Shown: positions 25,585 to 41,388, counted from the first letter of the stretch. The stretch is 64,000 bases of DNA from Octopus sinensis (GCF_006345805.1 NC_043013.1:48732001-48796000), one strand, 5' to 3'. Numbers and translations: made by a program. The notes: a model not told the origin generated them from the sequence alone.

Positions 25585-25780
25585 GCCATGATAGATCGTT
25601 AGCCACTACACACATTGTTCCTCTCCTTGCTTCTCTCCTTGTTTTTTTTCTGTGTCTCTTTCAGTAGAAGAGCGTATGCTCGAAACGTAAAAGACTTTTT
25701 CTATTCCTGAGCGTTATACTAATACATCTGTTTGTTTTGTACACCACCTGTCTTCGTCTTTTGTCTTTTTCGTAAACTCT

Positions 25781-25785
<5 letters not shown>
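25585..25785 (+). mobile_element. Repeat family E copy between (TA)n tracts
   Basis: gatagatcgttagccactac...gaagagcgtatgctcgaaacgtaaaagac...cgtaaactctccc. Confidence 0.75.
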
Positions 25786-25870
<85 letters not shown>

Positions 25871-25969
25871 GGAGATGTACTTGCATAGCAAGTGATTTGA
25901 TCTGAGATCGTGTGCTGAAACGAAAACAATTGCAGCGTGGAAGGTGTTTGTAAGCCATTTAAGAAACAC

Positions 25970-26108
25970 ACAAAAGCCGTTCGATTCACTTCAACATTTA
26001 AGTTTAAATTGTCAAAATTTTCGTCGCTTTAAGACCGGGACCTGTTCACTGACAAAAATATTTTGACAAATTAAACTTAAATGTTGAAGTGAATCGAACG
26101 GCTTTTGT
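25970..26108. repeat. Foldback element, about 50-bp arms
   Basis: acaaaagccgttcgattcacttcaacatttaagtttaa..gtcaaaat / attttgac..ttaaacttaaatgttgaagtgaatcgaacggcttttgt. Confidence 0.92.
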
Positions 26109-26111
26109 ATG

Positions 26112-26197
<86 letters not shown>

Positions 26198-26229
26198 GGC
26201 GCAAGCATAGTTGTGTGATCTCGGGTTTA

Positions 26230-26387
26230 GTCTACTTCAGTTCATATCGCTGATACTCAAAATAAAATCAACAACAGCTGCAAGAACAGAACAACAGAAA
26301 ATGTAACAAAAGCAACCATTCGCATCGATCCTCGGGTGCTGCAGTTGATTTTCTTTGCAGTATCAGCGAAATGAACTGGAGCAGACG
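26230..26387. repeat. Foldback element, imperfect arms
   Basis: tctacttcagttcatatcgctgatact / agtatcagcgaaatgaactggagcaga. Confidence 0.8.
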
Positions 26388-26783
26388 ATACCGATTATTT
26401 TTCTCTCTGACGTCGTCAGCAGGTGTTTTAGTAAGTCAGGCATTTCACACATTCATCTCGCCACCCTTCATTCTCTTAGTTTCAAATAAGTTCTTTCCCA
26501 CTCTTTGAGCGTTATTATATCCGTCTACTGCGAATATATTTTCACTCGTAACAAACTTTGTTTTTTCAAGAGAAACGACAACTTTGTAAATATTAAATTT
26601 AAAAAGAGTTGTGTCCGTTGGCTGGACCAATCGATCAACACAAAGAAGAGGCGGACTGGTTTCTCGGTACAGAAGATAACAAATTTTAAAAAAAGCATAT
26701 CTTGTTTCAGGCAAGCACTTTGAAAAATTAGTAAGTTTTAAAGACGAGATGGAGTGTGACATTTCGGTCAAACTCAATAGCAA

Positions 26784-26827
<44 letters not shown>

Positions 26828-26835
26828 ACAATAAC

Positions 26836-26883
<48 letters not shown>

Positions 26884-26959
26884 TAATAGCAGTAGCTGAG
26901 TGTTTGATAAATATTGACGAAGACCTACTGCAATATGCCGTGAAAGATATGTGTGTAAT

Positions 26960-27341
26960 AATCCTTTCTATTATAGGTACAAGGCCTGGAATTTGGTGAA
27001 GGGGTATAGTCGATTATATAGACCTCACTACTCAACCGGTCGAAATATGAAAGGCAAAGTCGACACTGGCAGAATTTGAACTCAGAACGTAAAGACAGAC
27101 GAAATACCTATTTCTTTACTACCCACAAGGGGCTAAACACAGAGAAGACAAACAAGGACAGACAAACGGATTAAGTCGATTATATCGACCCCAGTGCGTA
27201 ACTGGTACTTAATTTATCGACCCTGAAAGAGTAAAAGGCAAAGTCGACCTCGGCGGAATTTGAACTCAGAACGTAACGGCAGACGAAATACCGCTAAGCG
27301 TTTCGCCCGACGTGCTAACGATTCTGCCAGCTCGCCGCCTT
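26960..27341 (-). mobile_element. SINE family B, dimeric
   Basis: Body repeated through junction gacgaaatacctatttctttactaccc. Confidence 0.9.
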
Positions 27342-27429
27342 AATGGTTTTCAAATTTGGCATATTATTATTATCATCATCATCATCATCATTATTGTCAT
27401 CATTGTTGCTGTTGTTGTTGTTGTTGTTG

Positions 27430-27503
<74 letters not shown>

Positions 27504-27504
27504 T

Positions 27505-28500
27505 TCCGATTGATTTGCAATTTATTTCAGCTACTGACAGGGTCTCAATCAGAGACCTACGGCACGTATACAGTTGATGGAGAGAAACCTTCTATAATTG
27601 TGGGCGGTTGCTGTCAACACAATTTTTTGAGTTTCATAAAATATTTCTCACTATTTTTTTTTGATTAAAAAATGTGTCACTACCTTTCTTGATCATTCCC
27701 AGGACACTTAGAACAGCAGGACATTTCAGTATCAATGTCCTTATACTTCGGCAGTTTTTCAAATTTGCTGAGATGTCTGTATCAGTAGGCACTGTCATAT
27801 CAATAAAAGGCATGTTTTTTTTGTCTTAGATCTTAGATGATGATGTCTGATCTGTTAGCATGTACTTTTCTGTCTGTATGTATCCCATAATCCCGTAGTA
27901 TGGTAACATTCTCTCATTCAGTGACTGGCTCCGGATGACGTTCATACCCGTTCTTAGGGTGTAGGGTATCATTGTAACGGCATACACTCCAGTGCAAATA
28001 TTGACCAACCCGACCATGCCCAGTTTTACATTCTGTGGGGACAAAGACTGACCAACCGGAAACAATGTGGTCAGTACTCTCAAGTTCGTCATTGCAGAGT
28101 CTACACTTTGTGTCCCCCTCATTACGAATGACATTAGCTTGATAGTTCCGAGTGAGGAAACTCTGATCTTGTACCACTAGGATAAATCCTTCTGTTTCGG
28201 CTTTCAAACCAGCACTCTGTAGCCACTGATAAATTCTCATATCTACATCAGTTAGAGTATTGCCCATGCAATGGTTTTTATTTCCAAAATCTTGATATTA
28301 CCCACAAGCTTTCCTGCTTGGCTTTTCTTTTATACTCTCTTGCTTCCTTAGAGTGTGATGTGTCCTCTTTATCATCATCATAATTAGGGAGGTTAAGCTC
28401 TCCTATGTACTTATATGTCTCCTTTGGGATTGAGTTTCTTACTCTGTTCATGTTTCCTTACCAACGGTATCATCCAGTCAGTGTTACTTTGGATGTATAC
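27505..28500 (-). mobile_element. R4/Dong-like LINE 3' fragment between (TAA)n arrays
   Basis: WLQSAGLKAETEGFILVVQDQS..CRLC..HIVSG..YLHWSVC (CCHC) and RLE region. Confidence 0.85.
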
Positions 28501-28529
28501 TTGGAGTCATGATCAGCAGCCATGAGAGC

Positions 28530-28797
<268 letters not shown>

Positions 28798-29720
28798 AAG
28801 ACGTTGTGCAGTATTCAATACTGTGATGTAAATTGAAGATATTATGTTTACAGGGGATTTGTACTGTTTGTCAAGTCATAACAAGGACCTCAGACAGACA
28901 GTACTTTACGCAATATGCATGCCGTTCCAAGTAAAGCCGAGATTGTAGGGTATTTCTAATGTGTCCAGATGTTTCTTCATGTTGGCTGGTATTGAACCCA
29001 ATGCTCCGATGACAACAGAAACAACCTTTATGTTTGACTCATGCAGCTGCCACATCATGCGATCTGAATTTTCAAGTCTCCACATTCATTCACTAACCTT
29101 TTCTCTATCTTTCATGATAATATGTTGATCTCCTGACGCTGCCACGTCGGATTATTAGGCACACTTGTTTGTCTCTTTTAAGGGTTACTACATCCGACCT
29201 TCGGTGTTCTAACACCTAGTTGGTCTCGAAGTCACAGTCTCTGAGGCTCTTTGCCTTCCCATTTTCATCCATTACCTTTCCCAGTGTATGTTGATACCAA
29301 GCACCCATTACCTCGTATCCATACTTCTGGCACAGTAGCCAGTGAAGGTTTAGGGCTACCTTATCGTGTCTGCACTTGTAGTCTTTCTGCGTAAGACGTT
29401 CACAAGTACTAACATTGTGTGTAACACACTCGACCTTCCTCCTACACATTCTGCAAATGTCCTTTGCGTTTGTGTGGTATATATATCCATTTTCACTGAG
29501 ATATTATTCAATACTGGTCCTGGACAGCCATGATTAGGCTTTCAGTTTCCTTTTTAAGGTCATCTTTGCTGAGCCTCCTCCGTGATGCTTCTTAGTCGTT
29601 AGTTTCCCAGGGGAACTAACCATGTAATTCCATGCGGAGTAGAGTTTGTTCTTTCTCGTTGGCTATTCGTGATCGGAATTCATTAGCACTCTCAAGTCCA
29701 TTGTTAGTAAATTCTTCTGC
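28798..29720 (-). mobile_element. R4/Dong-like LINE 3' fragment with (TAA)n tail
   Basis: THNVSTCERLTQKDYKCRHDKVALNLHWLLC motif; 3' end abuts TAA array. Confidence 0.85.
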
Positions 29721-30004
29721 ATTAGCAGCATACTTGAGCAGGTCTTGTTCGCTGTTTATCAAATACTCTGCTGTTTATTCTTTCACTGTCAGTGCACACC
29801 CGTACGCTAATCAGGCCACGCCCATCTTTACACCTCTTCATGTACAGCCTTTGTACGTTCACCTTAGGGTGAAGGGCACCGTTTGTTGTTGTTCAGTAGC
29901 TTTATTTCTGTAATGTGCTTTCAATGCTCTACCGAGCGCAGCTCAGTGCGCCTTGGGTATGTGCTATGATTTGTTTTGGTGTTGTTATTTTCTCTGTATT
30001 GAAA

Positions 30005-30560
30005 TTGCTTTATCGGATTCGTTTCGCATCACACGCTTGGTCCGTCAGGGCTGTCCGCTGTCGACTCTTCTGTACGTACTGGCCCTCGAATCACAGATGC
30101 GGAAGCTGGAACTGGGACACAGAAGGGTGGTATCGGCGTACTCGGACGACGTCACCGTCATGGTGTCGGACGCTTCCGAAGTGGAGACAGTCGACACCAT
30201 TCTAAAAGAATATGAGTCAGATGCAGGGGCCAAAATCAACGCTGAGCTTGCTGTTGGGCCCCTGGAGAGATAGGTTGATGACGTCAGTTGACGTCGCTGG
30301 ACGTTGGACTGACAGACCAGTTAAGCAGCTCGGGATCTGTTTCAGACCCGACTTCTAGGTGGATAAGAACTGGGTGAGGTGACGGATTCCTACACCACCT
30401 CCGTCATCATTTATCATCTGACTGTCGAGCCATGCTCCGGCTACTGCTTGTTCAGGCTGGAGCGTCACTTATTTTCTTGTGGAAGGGACGCATTTCAATG
30501 ATCAGGTAGTCAGTCTGCTACCAGTACCCTCTGCGCAGTGGCTTCTGTGTATGAAACACC
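30005..30560 (+). mobile_element. L1/Tx1-clade RT fragment
   Basis: VRQGCPLSTLLYVLALE...AYSDDV...GAKIN. Confidence 0.85.
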
Positions 30561-31896
30561 TGCATCCTGAAAAATAGCGATCAAGATATTGAAACCATAC
30601 TTAATGTAATGAGGGGAAAATATAATCAAATCATTAATGCAATGAGAAGAAAAAATTAGCTCAATAATTAATATTTTCATCTGAAATTATCAAGTGTGGG
30701 TGATAATTCCAGACATATTTGGTCTTATCAATTCTCCTCCGCGGTTATTTCCATGCGAATACTGTCTCTTCGTTATTTTCTTCTGTCATTATTTTGCCGC
30801 CTATTCCTGTGAATTTTGCATACCAATGTAATGATCGTCTTATATTTTTTAAGCATGTGAATTCAAATTTTTTTGACAAAATCTTCGACATAGAGTTGTC
30901 ACTTTTATATAAATGAGATATTTATTAATTACGTTCCGCTAACATTTTTGACTATGTTACTGATACATGTTTTCCTCCGGTATTTTCACGATGTTGCTTA
31001 TTAGATAAGGTATGTTTGCATTACATAAAATAGCATTAAATATAAAACACAGTGACTTTTGGAAATATTAAATAGAATTTACACAGTTTTATAAAGAATT
31101 GAGAAGAAATATTCATAAGATTGTAATGCTTGTTCTCTAGCTTCAGCCGATACTTTGAGAGTATGTATTAAGTTTTGTTAAGATGATATTGGGGAGGAGG
31201 AAAACTACATATTAGGATGCGTAATCTAATCTGAAATGAAACCATCCTCTCAGAATAGTCTTACCGAGAGGTGATGATTTGACTTTCAGGCAATTATTGA
31301 CCAAATTTCCAAGCTAGAACTATCAACTATACATTTAATTTTGTGTGAATTAACGTGGTTAGCGAACCAAACTAAACATAATTTTTAACTAATTGAAATC
31401 AAACCGTCAATGAGAAGCGGTCATTAGCGTTGTCAGTGATTATCAAAGAGGATAGAGGAGAAATTCCGAAATTTAAGTTGAGTGAAAATTAAATGATGGC
31501 GTTCTGTGGGCGCTTAGTCGTCTAATATTTGCTATGTACAGCGACCATCTTGGACATGTTTCAGTCTTAGTGGATCTACTCAAATAACAACTAACAGGGT
31601 GTATTTTTGTGAACAATATTAACTGACTAATATACTTAGTATAATGACATTGAAAAAGTTTCTACGGATGCCTTCAGTATGAAAAACATGGTGAAGTCTG
31701 GGATAACAGCATGAAAAAAATTATAATGAGATCTACATTCTTTTTTTTTTTCAAGATTTGAGAATTACAGGAAAAAAAATAGCAATCACCACCACCACCA
31801 CCACCACCACCACTACTACTGCTGCTGCTGCTGCTAATAATAATAATAATAATATAATAATAATAATAATAATAATAACAAAAATGATAATAATAA

Positions 31897-32015
31897 TCCT
31901 TTCTATTGTAGGCACAAGGCCTGAATTTTGGGGATGGAGACATGTCGATTACATCGACCCCAGTGTTTCACTGGTACTTAATTTATCGACTAACGATTCT
32001 GCCAGCTCGCCGCCT
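31897..32015 (-). mobile_element. SINE family B, internally deleted
   Basis: acatcgaccccagtg..gccagctcgccgcct. Confidence 0.8.
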
Positions 32016-32068
32016 AAACAACAACAACAACAACGACGACGACGGCGATGACGATAATGATAATAATG

Positions 32069-32106
<38 letters not shown>

Positions 32107-33159
32107 TATCATTATTATTAAACTCAGCTGTAGAAATGAGTTGCGACGTCACTGGTGCCAAGCTATATCGGCCTTTGCCTTTCCCTTGGAATACATCAGT
32201 GGTGTGGAGAGGGGAGGTTGGCATACATGGGCAACTGCTGGCCTTCTATAAAACAACCTTGCCCAGACATGTGCCTCGGAGGGTAACTTTCTAAATGCAA
32301 TCCCATGGTCATTCATGACCGAAGGGGGTCACAATGAGCCTAAAATAATTTTATCGAATCATCTGCCGTCAAATCTTATTTCACTAGTATGAAGAGGGAC
32401 GTGTGTTTTATTTCTACTTTTCCATCTTTTTTTTATCTCTTCTACTTGCAGTTGTTAAATATCACACGCTTACATTACATATTTATCGTAATCAATGTTT
32501 TCTATTTTAGTTCTCTCATATACAATTCTATTTTCATTTCTAATTTTCGAATTTCTGGTAATTTTAAATTCTTCTCGAATATTGGATATTTAAATACACC
32601 AATGAAGCTTCTTTTTGATTTCTAATATTCTCAGAATTATTCATCCATTATGTGATAGATGACTCCAGGCTGATAACTGACATGTTGTTAATGTATCAAT
32701 TATAGTTTCAGGACCAATAACTATAAATTAATAACGAAGAGAAACAAATGGTTTCCACCTAAATGGTTTAATTTATTGAAGCTAACTTTGTCTCGTACTA
32801 TTCTACAAGATGGAAGTGTCTTGGTGAGCCGAGTCTTTAATTAGTTTTTCTTCGAGTCACGAGTCGACGTGGTTAAAATAAAATGCTAATTCTCTTGAGA
32901 AAGACATGGACCTCTAACCTATTTTCTTCCCTCATTAAAAGATATTTTGCTTAAGAAAACTATACACATAAATGTGGAGGTTAATGATGTCATGTAGAAA
33001 TAAATTTCTAGTGAGTGAAGTCAGCAATTAAGTTTCCATTTTGATTGTAGAAATTTCTCTAACATATTTCTCTAATGAGAAAGGTATGGACATCACAAAT
33101 TCTCATAATAGATGTTTCCAAACAGTCTCTCCTCGATGCATATAGAGCATATGCACGGA

Positions 33160-33566
33160 CTACATACATACATACATACATACATACATACATACATACA
33201 TACATACATACATGCGTACATACGTACATACGTACATACATACATACGTACATACATACATACATATATACATACATACATACATATATACATACATATA
33301 TAATACATACATACATGCATACATACATACATACATATATACATACATATATAATACATACATACATGCATACATACATACATACATACATACATACATA
33401 CATTCATACATACATACATATATACATATATACATTCATACATACATACATACATACATAAATTCATACATACATACATACATACATACATACATGCATA
33501 CGTACATTCATAGATACATACATACATACGTACATACATACATACATACATACATACATACATACG

Positions 33567-33600
<34 letters not shown>

Positions 33601-33667
33601 CATACATACATACATACATACTTACATACATGCATACATACATACATACATACATACATACATACAT
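33160..33667. repeat. (TACA)n array
   Basis: Direct reading. Confidence 0.98.
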
Positions 33668-33669
33668 AA

Positions 33670-36166
33670 GCTTTGAAGTATTCTCTCGAAGAGAGAGTAT
33701 TCTCTATCAATGTAAGCAAAAGACCACCAGACAGCATTAAAAGCTGTTAATGCAATTGGAGAGGACTATCTAGAACAATGTGATGGACTTTCATTCTGGC
33801 AGATTAACGCCTGTCTAATATGCCTTGTACACTACTACCAAGCAATACATAAACGATATTCAAAAATAAACAAAAGCGAAACAACGAAGAAAGTGCCATC
33901 ATGGGTTTTGAAGACATGGAAAAAGGCAGCTGATTTACGGAAGACCATCAGCTATATGATGATGCTTATTGCTTGCAGACAAGAAAAGGATTAATACGTC
34001 TCACCGACAAAAAGTGAAGGAGATAGAAGTGATATTTGGAGATAACGAAAAGAGGACACCCGCTTGCAAACAGATCACCCCCAAGTAGGAGCTAAAAGCT
34101 GCCAGTAAGAAACTCCGACATCAGAAGAGAGTAACCGGGAGAAAATCAATAGACAAAGAATTTAACCGGAACCAGGCAACAGTCTACAGAAACATGGGAG
34201 AAAAAGTAAACATCACAGAAGCTTCTTCATGAGAAGACGTTGACTGCTTTTGGAGGGAAATTTGGAGCGAGGAGATGGAGTGTAATGTTGATGCTCTGTG
34301 GCTGGAAGAAATTCGAAGTTATTGTCCCTGCATTAAACACAAGACATACAGCATTGATGCTGATACTCTTATGCCTGTAATCCAGGAGATTCAGGATAGA
34401 AAACCCCTGGAAGAGACTTGATTGTTGGATACTCGTACAAGAAGCTAACCTCCCGACCATATATCATCAACCTGTATCAGCAAACTCTGAATGGGAACAA
34501 TAGCATACAATACTGGTCGGTCAACTGTGGCAGAGTGAAAACTGATCCTCCATCCCACATGGCAAAAAACTACCGGCCAATTGCATGTCAGAACTTAATG
34601 TATAAAATATATACAGCATGTTTAAACCCCTTCCTCCAAGACCATCGTGAAAGTAATAACATCATTACTGTAGAACAAGCAACTAGGAAGAAAAGAGTCT
34701 GGGAATGTGCTGAGCGATTGTTAATAAACAAAACTGTAATGTCAGAGGTACTGGAGCATAGGAGGAACCTAGTTTCAATGTGACTGGACTACTAGAAAGC
34801 CTTTGACTCTGTCCCCACTCACAGATACAAGAAATCCTTCGATTTGCTAAAGTTCCAGTGAGCATAGTCAAAGCCATAACTGACCTGACTTCATCATGGA
34901 CACCATCTTGAAATTAAATACAAAGAGTGATTGTATCATCACTGATAAAATACAGTATCGCAGAGGCATATTCCAAGGGGACAGCCATTGATGTGAAAAC
35001 CCAGAAGATACTAACCTGCACACATAATTTCCACACCAACGACAGAGGCTTAACATCGACAGACTGCCTTTGAATGTCGTATCATATCTCTTCGGCAACG
35101 TGTTTTAACCATCGAGTGTCGAAGTGCATCCCTTGACCAAGTTTACATACATGAAGCTGGTGACATCATAAGACTTGGAAAGCAGCTCCTTGAGCAGCAT
35201 TCCTTGTCTGATAACCTTAAATACATGCCCAAAGAAGCTGCACGACCCTACAGTATTGTATCATCATAAGAAGACCATGGATGGATACGTCAGGAGAAAG
35301 CTCCGAGGTGATGATAATATTGATCACCAAAGCAATGTATCATGGATCAATAACTGGAATACTACTCCTACTTTGAAGGGTATGCGTTTGTAATCCAGGA
35401 ACAGGAAATATCAACCAAATGTATGATGCCCAAAAGGAACAGAAATGCAGGTGTTAACACCGAAGATCTCACCCACATCGTGAGGAATTAATACCGAAGA
35501 CATCGCCCGCATCATAAGCAATTGTCCGAAAATGTTATCACGGTACTTATTTACCGAAGAGATATGATGTTGTAGCTAGGACACGGTATAATGAGATCCA
35601 TCGGTAGGATAACCCTGAGGCCAGAGGCCAAAGAAATAAGAATCCACAGTATGGTGGAAATCAGAGCTACTCATGATAAAAAGGAGCAGTAGTGGAATGT
35701 CACAGTGAAAACCTCAATAAAATGTAATCATAACAGACGAGGACAAATATCCGTCCAATGTAAATAATGTAAATAATGTATAACATGCCTGACAGGGATT
35801 TGAGACAGAGAAGGGAAATTGTGTGTTTAAAGCTAAAATACCAGAGAAAGGAAAATACCTACGCTGCACTAATTACAAATCTAGAGCTACTCTATCCAGG
35901 TTACAAGTTCGGGTTTTATACCTGTAATTATTGGGGCACTGGTACATTAACACACTGCCTAAATACCAATCTTGAGAAATGAGGCTTCTAAAAACCAGAA
36001 AGGAGAAAACTGATTCGAAAACTACAGATTCAAGCATTAATGGAACTGTAAAATCTCTAAAACTTTCCAGAAGTTTATCATTTAAATATATATCTAGACA
36101 TGCATGTATATGCATGAGAATACATACATAAAAAAACATGCAAATCTGCACATATACATACATACA

Positions 36167-36197
<31 letters not shown>

Positions 36198-36358
36198 CAT
36201 ACATACATACATACATACATACATACATACATACATACAAACAAAAATATCGTGTTGATGTTGAAATTCCAATGAAGGAGCCTTGGATTTAGAACCAACC
36301 GGTTCTTTTGCTATTGGCAAGAAATCTTGGAATAAAACTGAATAATGAGATACATACA
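33670..36358 (+). mobile_element. R4/Dong-like RLE-LINE, 5'-truncated, degenerate; 3' UTR contains an internal (TACA)n
   Basis: KNYRPIACQNLMYKIYTACL (RT), RGIFQGD, QEQEIST, CPKMLSRY, HNR.. RLE motifs with stops and frameshifts. Confidence 0.88.
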
Positions 36359-36359
36359 A

Positions 36360-38242
36360 GCTAAACAACATCGCCGTAATCTCTTATGGCTAGATAGCAA
36401 GAAGGGTGATAGAATCATTACACCTTGCAAAAGTACCAGCGGCTATGGTGAATACCATTGAAAGACTGACGACAACATGGTTCACACAGTTATTACTGAC
36501 AAGTACTAAAGCAACATCGACTATTACAAACACAAGCTGCCAACAGGCATATTCCAGAATGATAGTTTATCTGTAAATCTATTTGTATTGGCAGTGAACT
36601 CCTTGTCAGCCCTGTTAACAAAATATCAAGGCCACATGCTGATGTATGCAAAAAAGGACAAAATTAATGTCACCCACACATCTTTTGTCAATAACCTAAA
36701 GTTATATTCTGGTAACATGATCAACGCTTAGAGCATTGTCACGAGACATAGGAATGGAGTTTGAGCAAGATAAATGTTCATACATGATAGTCAACTGGGA
36801 AAAAAGATTGATGACCAGGCAGAAAACAGAGAACATGTACATCAATGGCTTGTCTATCTCTAACATTGAATGCAATAAATATCTGGGAATCAATGAGAAT
36901 GTTGCATGCGTTGGTGCTGTGACTTAAGTTAGAATAACAAAAGAATATTTCTGTAGACTCTGGAAAATATGGAACTCAGAGCTATCCGCATTTAATAGAA
37001 CCATATCTCACAATGCTTTTGCAGTGCAAGGGCTAGTACCAACATTTGGAGAATTGGACTGAGCACTTGACGAGATCTGGAACCTGGACATCGAAATTAG
37101 AAACTGACCATTACTGGTAACTTCCACATTAAAAGCGATACCGATGTGATTTATTTGAGACGAAGTGATCGTGGTTGAGGCGTAAGGTCAGTTCAAACGG
37201 CCTTTGAGTGTTCCATTGTATCACTCAGACAACACCTGCTGAACAGTAAAAAATGAAATAAGTACATTCTATGCATACTCAAAAGTGAGAGAACTACTAA
37301 GCAGGTAGCCTGAGAATACAACTGTCTCATGCGACTCAAAGAGAGCTATACTGGCCTTCCTAAACAGAAGCTTGGAAGGGAAGCCGGCACCATATTGGCA
37401 CAAAGCAATGCATGGGTATATACATATAGAGCAGTGGTTTTCAACCAGGGTTCCGCCAGTACAGTCCAGGGGTTCCGCAAGAAGTTACAAAACTGCAAAA
37501 ATCGGCAGTAATTTTTAATTCTCCTGTGCAGGTATGTGTGAATAAGACTATTAAATTATTGCACAGGGGTTCCTCGAGCCAGTGGAATGTTTCCTTGGGG
37601 TCCCGCTCCAGCAAAAAGGTTGAAAAGCACTGATATAGAGAATAAAAACAGTATTGGCAAGTTATGCCTTCGCTATTCGGGAGCAGGAGATAGCTTCTAA
37701 ATACCTGATAAACAAGAGGGACAAAGATACGAAATTGTGATAGAAAACGTTGGCTCTGCTATACCAGCGTGGAAGATATCACATACATCAGTGGAAGCAA
37801 AAATCCAGGGAAAAAAGAATATTTATGTTGAACTAATGTGGAACTTACAGCTCTTGTACCCTGGCAATAAATTCTCATCTGTACCTATCAGCATAGGTGC
37901 ATTAGGCTATGTACCAACAGACTTACACAAAAACCTACAGATACTAGTGTTTTCGAAGAAAGAGTAAAAGAAATTAATACGGATTCTCCAAATCCAATCT
38001 ATTAATGGCGCCATAAAAATTTGTAAGACATTCCAAAGATTTTCCATCTGAAGTTCTTTAGGTAAAGAGATGCACATACTTGGGCATGTGTGTCGACAGC
38101 TCAATCAACACACCAACTCAACGACATATTTACAAACACTGCAAACCCTCTTAACTCAAAAAGTCTTGTTGCTTTGTTGGCGACCGGTTAAAACCTTTCA
38201 AGAACTTGAATAAAACTAAAAGCAAAATACACACACACATAC
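36360..38242 (+). mobile_element. Second R4/Dong-like RLE-LINE copy (RT to RLE), carrying a hAT MITE
   Basis: GIFQNDSLSVNLFVLAVN; DIGMEFEQDKC; LYPGNKFSSVPISIGALGYVP; 3' end aataaaact..tacacac. Confidence 0.85.
37432..37632. mobile_element. hAT (Charlie/Buster-like) MITE, 201 bp
   Basis: TIR cagtggttttcaacc / ggttgaaaagcactg; 8-bp TSD atatagag with central TA. Confidence 0.92.
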
Positions 38243-38278
38243 GATTGAATAAATGAGATTCAAATATGGCAAAATATA

Positions 38279-38675
38279 GGCGCAGGAGTGGCTGTGTGGT
38301 AAGTAGTTTGCTTGCCAGCCACATGGTTCCGGGTTCAGTCCCACTGTGTGGCACGATGGGCAAGTGTTTTCTACTATAGCCTCGAGCCGACCAAAGCCTT
38401 GTGAGTGGATTTGGTAGACGGAAACTGAAAGAAGCCTGTCGTGTATATGTATATATATGTATATTTATGTGTGTTTCTGTGTGTCTGTGTTTGTCCCCCC
38501 CAAAACCGATGCTGGTGTGTTCATGTCCCCGTAACTTAGCTTTTCGGCAAAAGAGACCGATAGAATAAGTACTAGGCTTACAAAGAATAAGCCCTGGGGT
38601 CGATTTGCTCGACTAAAGGCGGTGCTCCAGCATGGCCGCAGTCAAATGACTGAAACAAGTAAAAGAGTAAAGAGT
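38279..38675 (+). mobile_element. SINE family A, full length
   Basis: ggcgcaggagtggctgtgtggtaag...gactgaaacaagtaaaagag. Confidence 0.95.
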
Positions 38676-38756
38676 ATATGCATATATAAATTCACATGTA
38701 CACATAGTACGTGTAAAGATCACATATATAATGACTTTGCCACTTCTGTCTGATAC

Positions 38757-38795
38757 CCGAATATAAGCTTGGAGCATATAATCTTGTAATGTCAT
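38757..38795 (-). CDS. Candidate 39-nt symmetric exon (DITRLYAPSLYS, phase 1)
   Basis: cttttataaatcttcag| ... cgg|gtatca; phase-compatible with the 44389-44430 candidate. Confidence 0.3.
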
Positions 38796-39599
38796 CTGAA
38801 GATTTATAAAAGTATTTACTGTTTTCAAAATACAAATTACCCTGCCACATACTCCGCCGTTTGATCGTGTAAATCAAATAAGAACCAGCCATATATGGTG
38901 GTTAATTTAAACGCCTACATCTCTTTCTTTACAACATCGATCTAAGAACAATAATACTTGTCACGAATCCATTATGAGCTAATCTGATGATATATGGTAT
39001 AATTGTAGTTTTCAATGTTATTGGCTATTTCGTTTAATTTAAATTGAAGTTACCGTCATATTTTACGACGTAGTCCTCTCCAGCTTTTCCTATTGACAAT
39101 AATTTAAAGTTTGTTTACACGGCTCTTTGTTATTTAATGCAGAATTATCAGTTTATTTTCACTTGCTAGCCTGGAAGAAGGGACATTACCAACGGCATTT
39201 GCAGACTCTTCTCGGTCAGTGAGACTGATATTCTTTGGAGATACCGCGGGAAAGATACGGACAGGAGAGGGGAACCCCAGAGGGCTCACATTCTGGGGGA
39301 AAAGGGCTTCGGTGTAATGATCAGTGCGGAGTCAGAGTGTTGCACACAATAATAGTGATGATAGGAGGAGGAACAAATGGGACAGGAATATGCGTGTGTT
39401 AAGGGCGTATATGCTCAGCCAGCTTCAATGATTAGAGTTCATTATATGGCGCAGGCTGTGTGGTAAGAAGTTTCCTTAACGATTACATGGTTTGGGATTC
39501 AGTCTCACAGCATGGTACCTTGAGCAAGTATCTTCTACTACAGCCACGAGGCGACCAAAGACTTGTCAGTGCATTGGTAGTTGGAGAGTGAAAGAATGA

Positions 39600-40517
<918 letters not shown>

Positions 40518-40519
<2 letters not shown>

Positions 40520-40687
40520 CGCAGGAGTGGCCGTGCGGTAAGTAGTTTGGTTACCAGCCACATGGTTCCGGGTTCAGTCCCACTGCGTGGCACCTTGGGC
40601 AAATGACCTCTACTATAGCCTCGGGCCGACCAGAGCCTTGTGAGTGGATTTGGTAGACGGAAATTGAAAGAAGCCCGTCTATATATG

Positions 40688-40718
<31 letters not shown>

Positions 40719-40729
40719 TATATATATAT

Positions 40730-40769
<40 letters not shown>

Positions 40770-40975
40770 CGTGTATGTTTGTGTGTCTGTATTTGTCCCC
40801 CTAGCATTGCTTGACAACCGATGCTGGTGTGTTTATGTCCCTGTCACTTAGCGGTTCGGCAAAAGTGACCGATAGAATAAGTATTGTGCTTACAAAGAAT
40901 AAGTCCCGGGGTCGAGTTGCTCGATTAAAGGTGCTGCTCCAGCATGGCCGCAGTCAAATGACTGAAACAAGTATA
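40518..40975 (+). mobile_element. SINE family A, full length
   Basis: Same head and tail as the 38279 copy. Confidence 0.95.
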
Positions 40976-41343
40976 AGGTAAAAATGAATTCCTCGCTCTT
41001 TCGGAAACATCAATCTTCTGTATTGACCGCTTTCCACCACTTTGATCTGTTTTTTGTATTGAATACGTATCGCCACCGTGGGCTACTGCATCGAACACTT
41101 TGAACATATACTTCAAACTATATATCAACTATACATGAACTATATATCAACTATACATGAACTCTAAGATGTCTGACTCCGTTGTGTATTATAAATGAAT
41201 TTCTTGTGTTTGACGGCATGAGCTGTCTTTTTTTATATATAACTTTTTTTGATAAGGTTCATTCAGGAACTGAAACATGTTATAATGTATATATAAAAAT
41301 TAAAAATTGTATAATACAGCAGCATTTTCGAACTTCATTTTTT

Positions 41344-41388
<45 letters not shown>

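Noticed and set aside
26020-26060. ccggtcttaaagc resembling a twister ribozyme segment
   Set aside because: Lacks the upstream UAA/GC elements and pseudoknot partners
26445-26837. 130-aa minus-strand ORF
   Set aside because: Begins in an (AGT)n repeat, has no recognisable motif and no convincing splice sites
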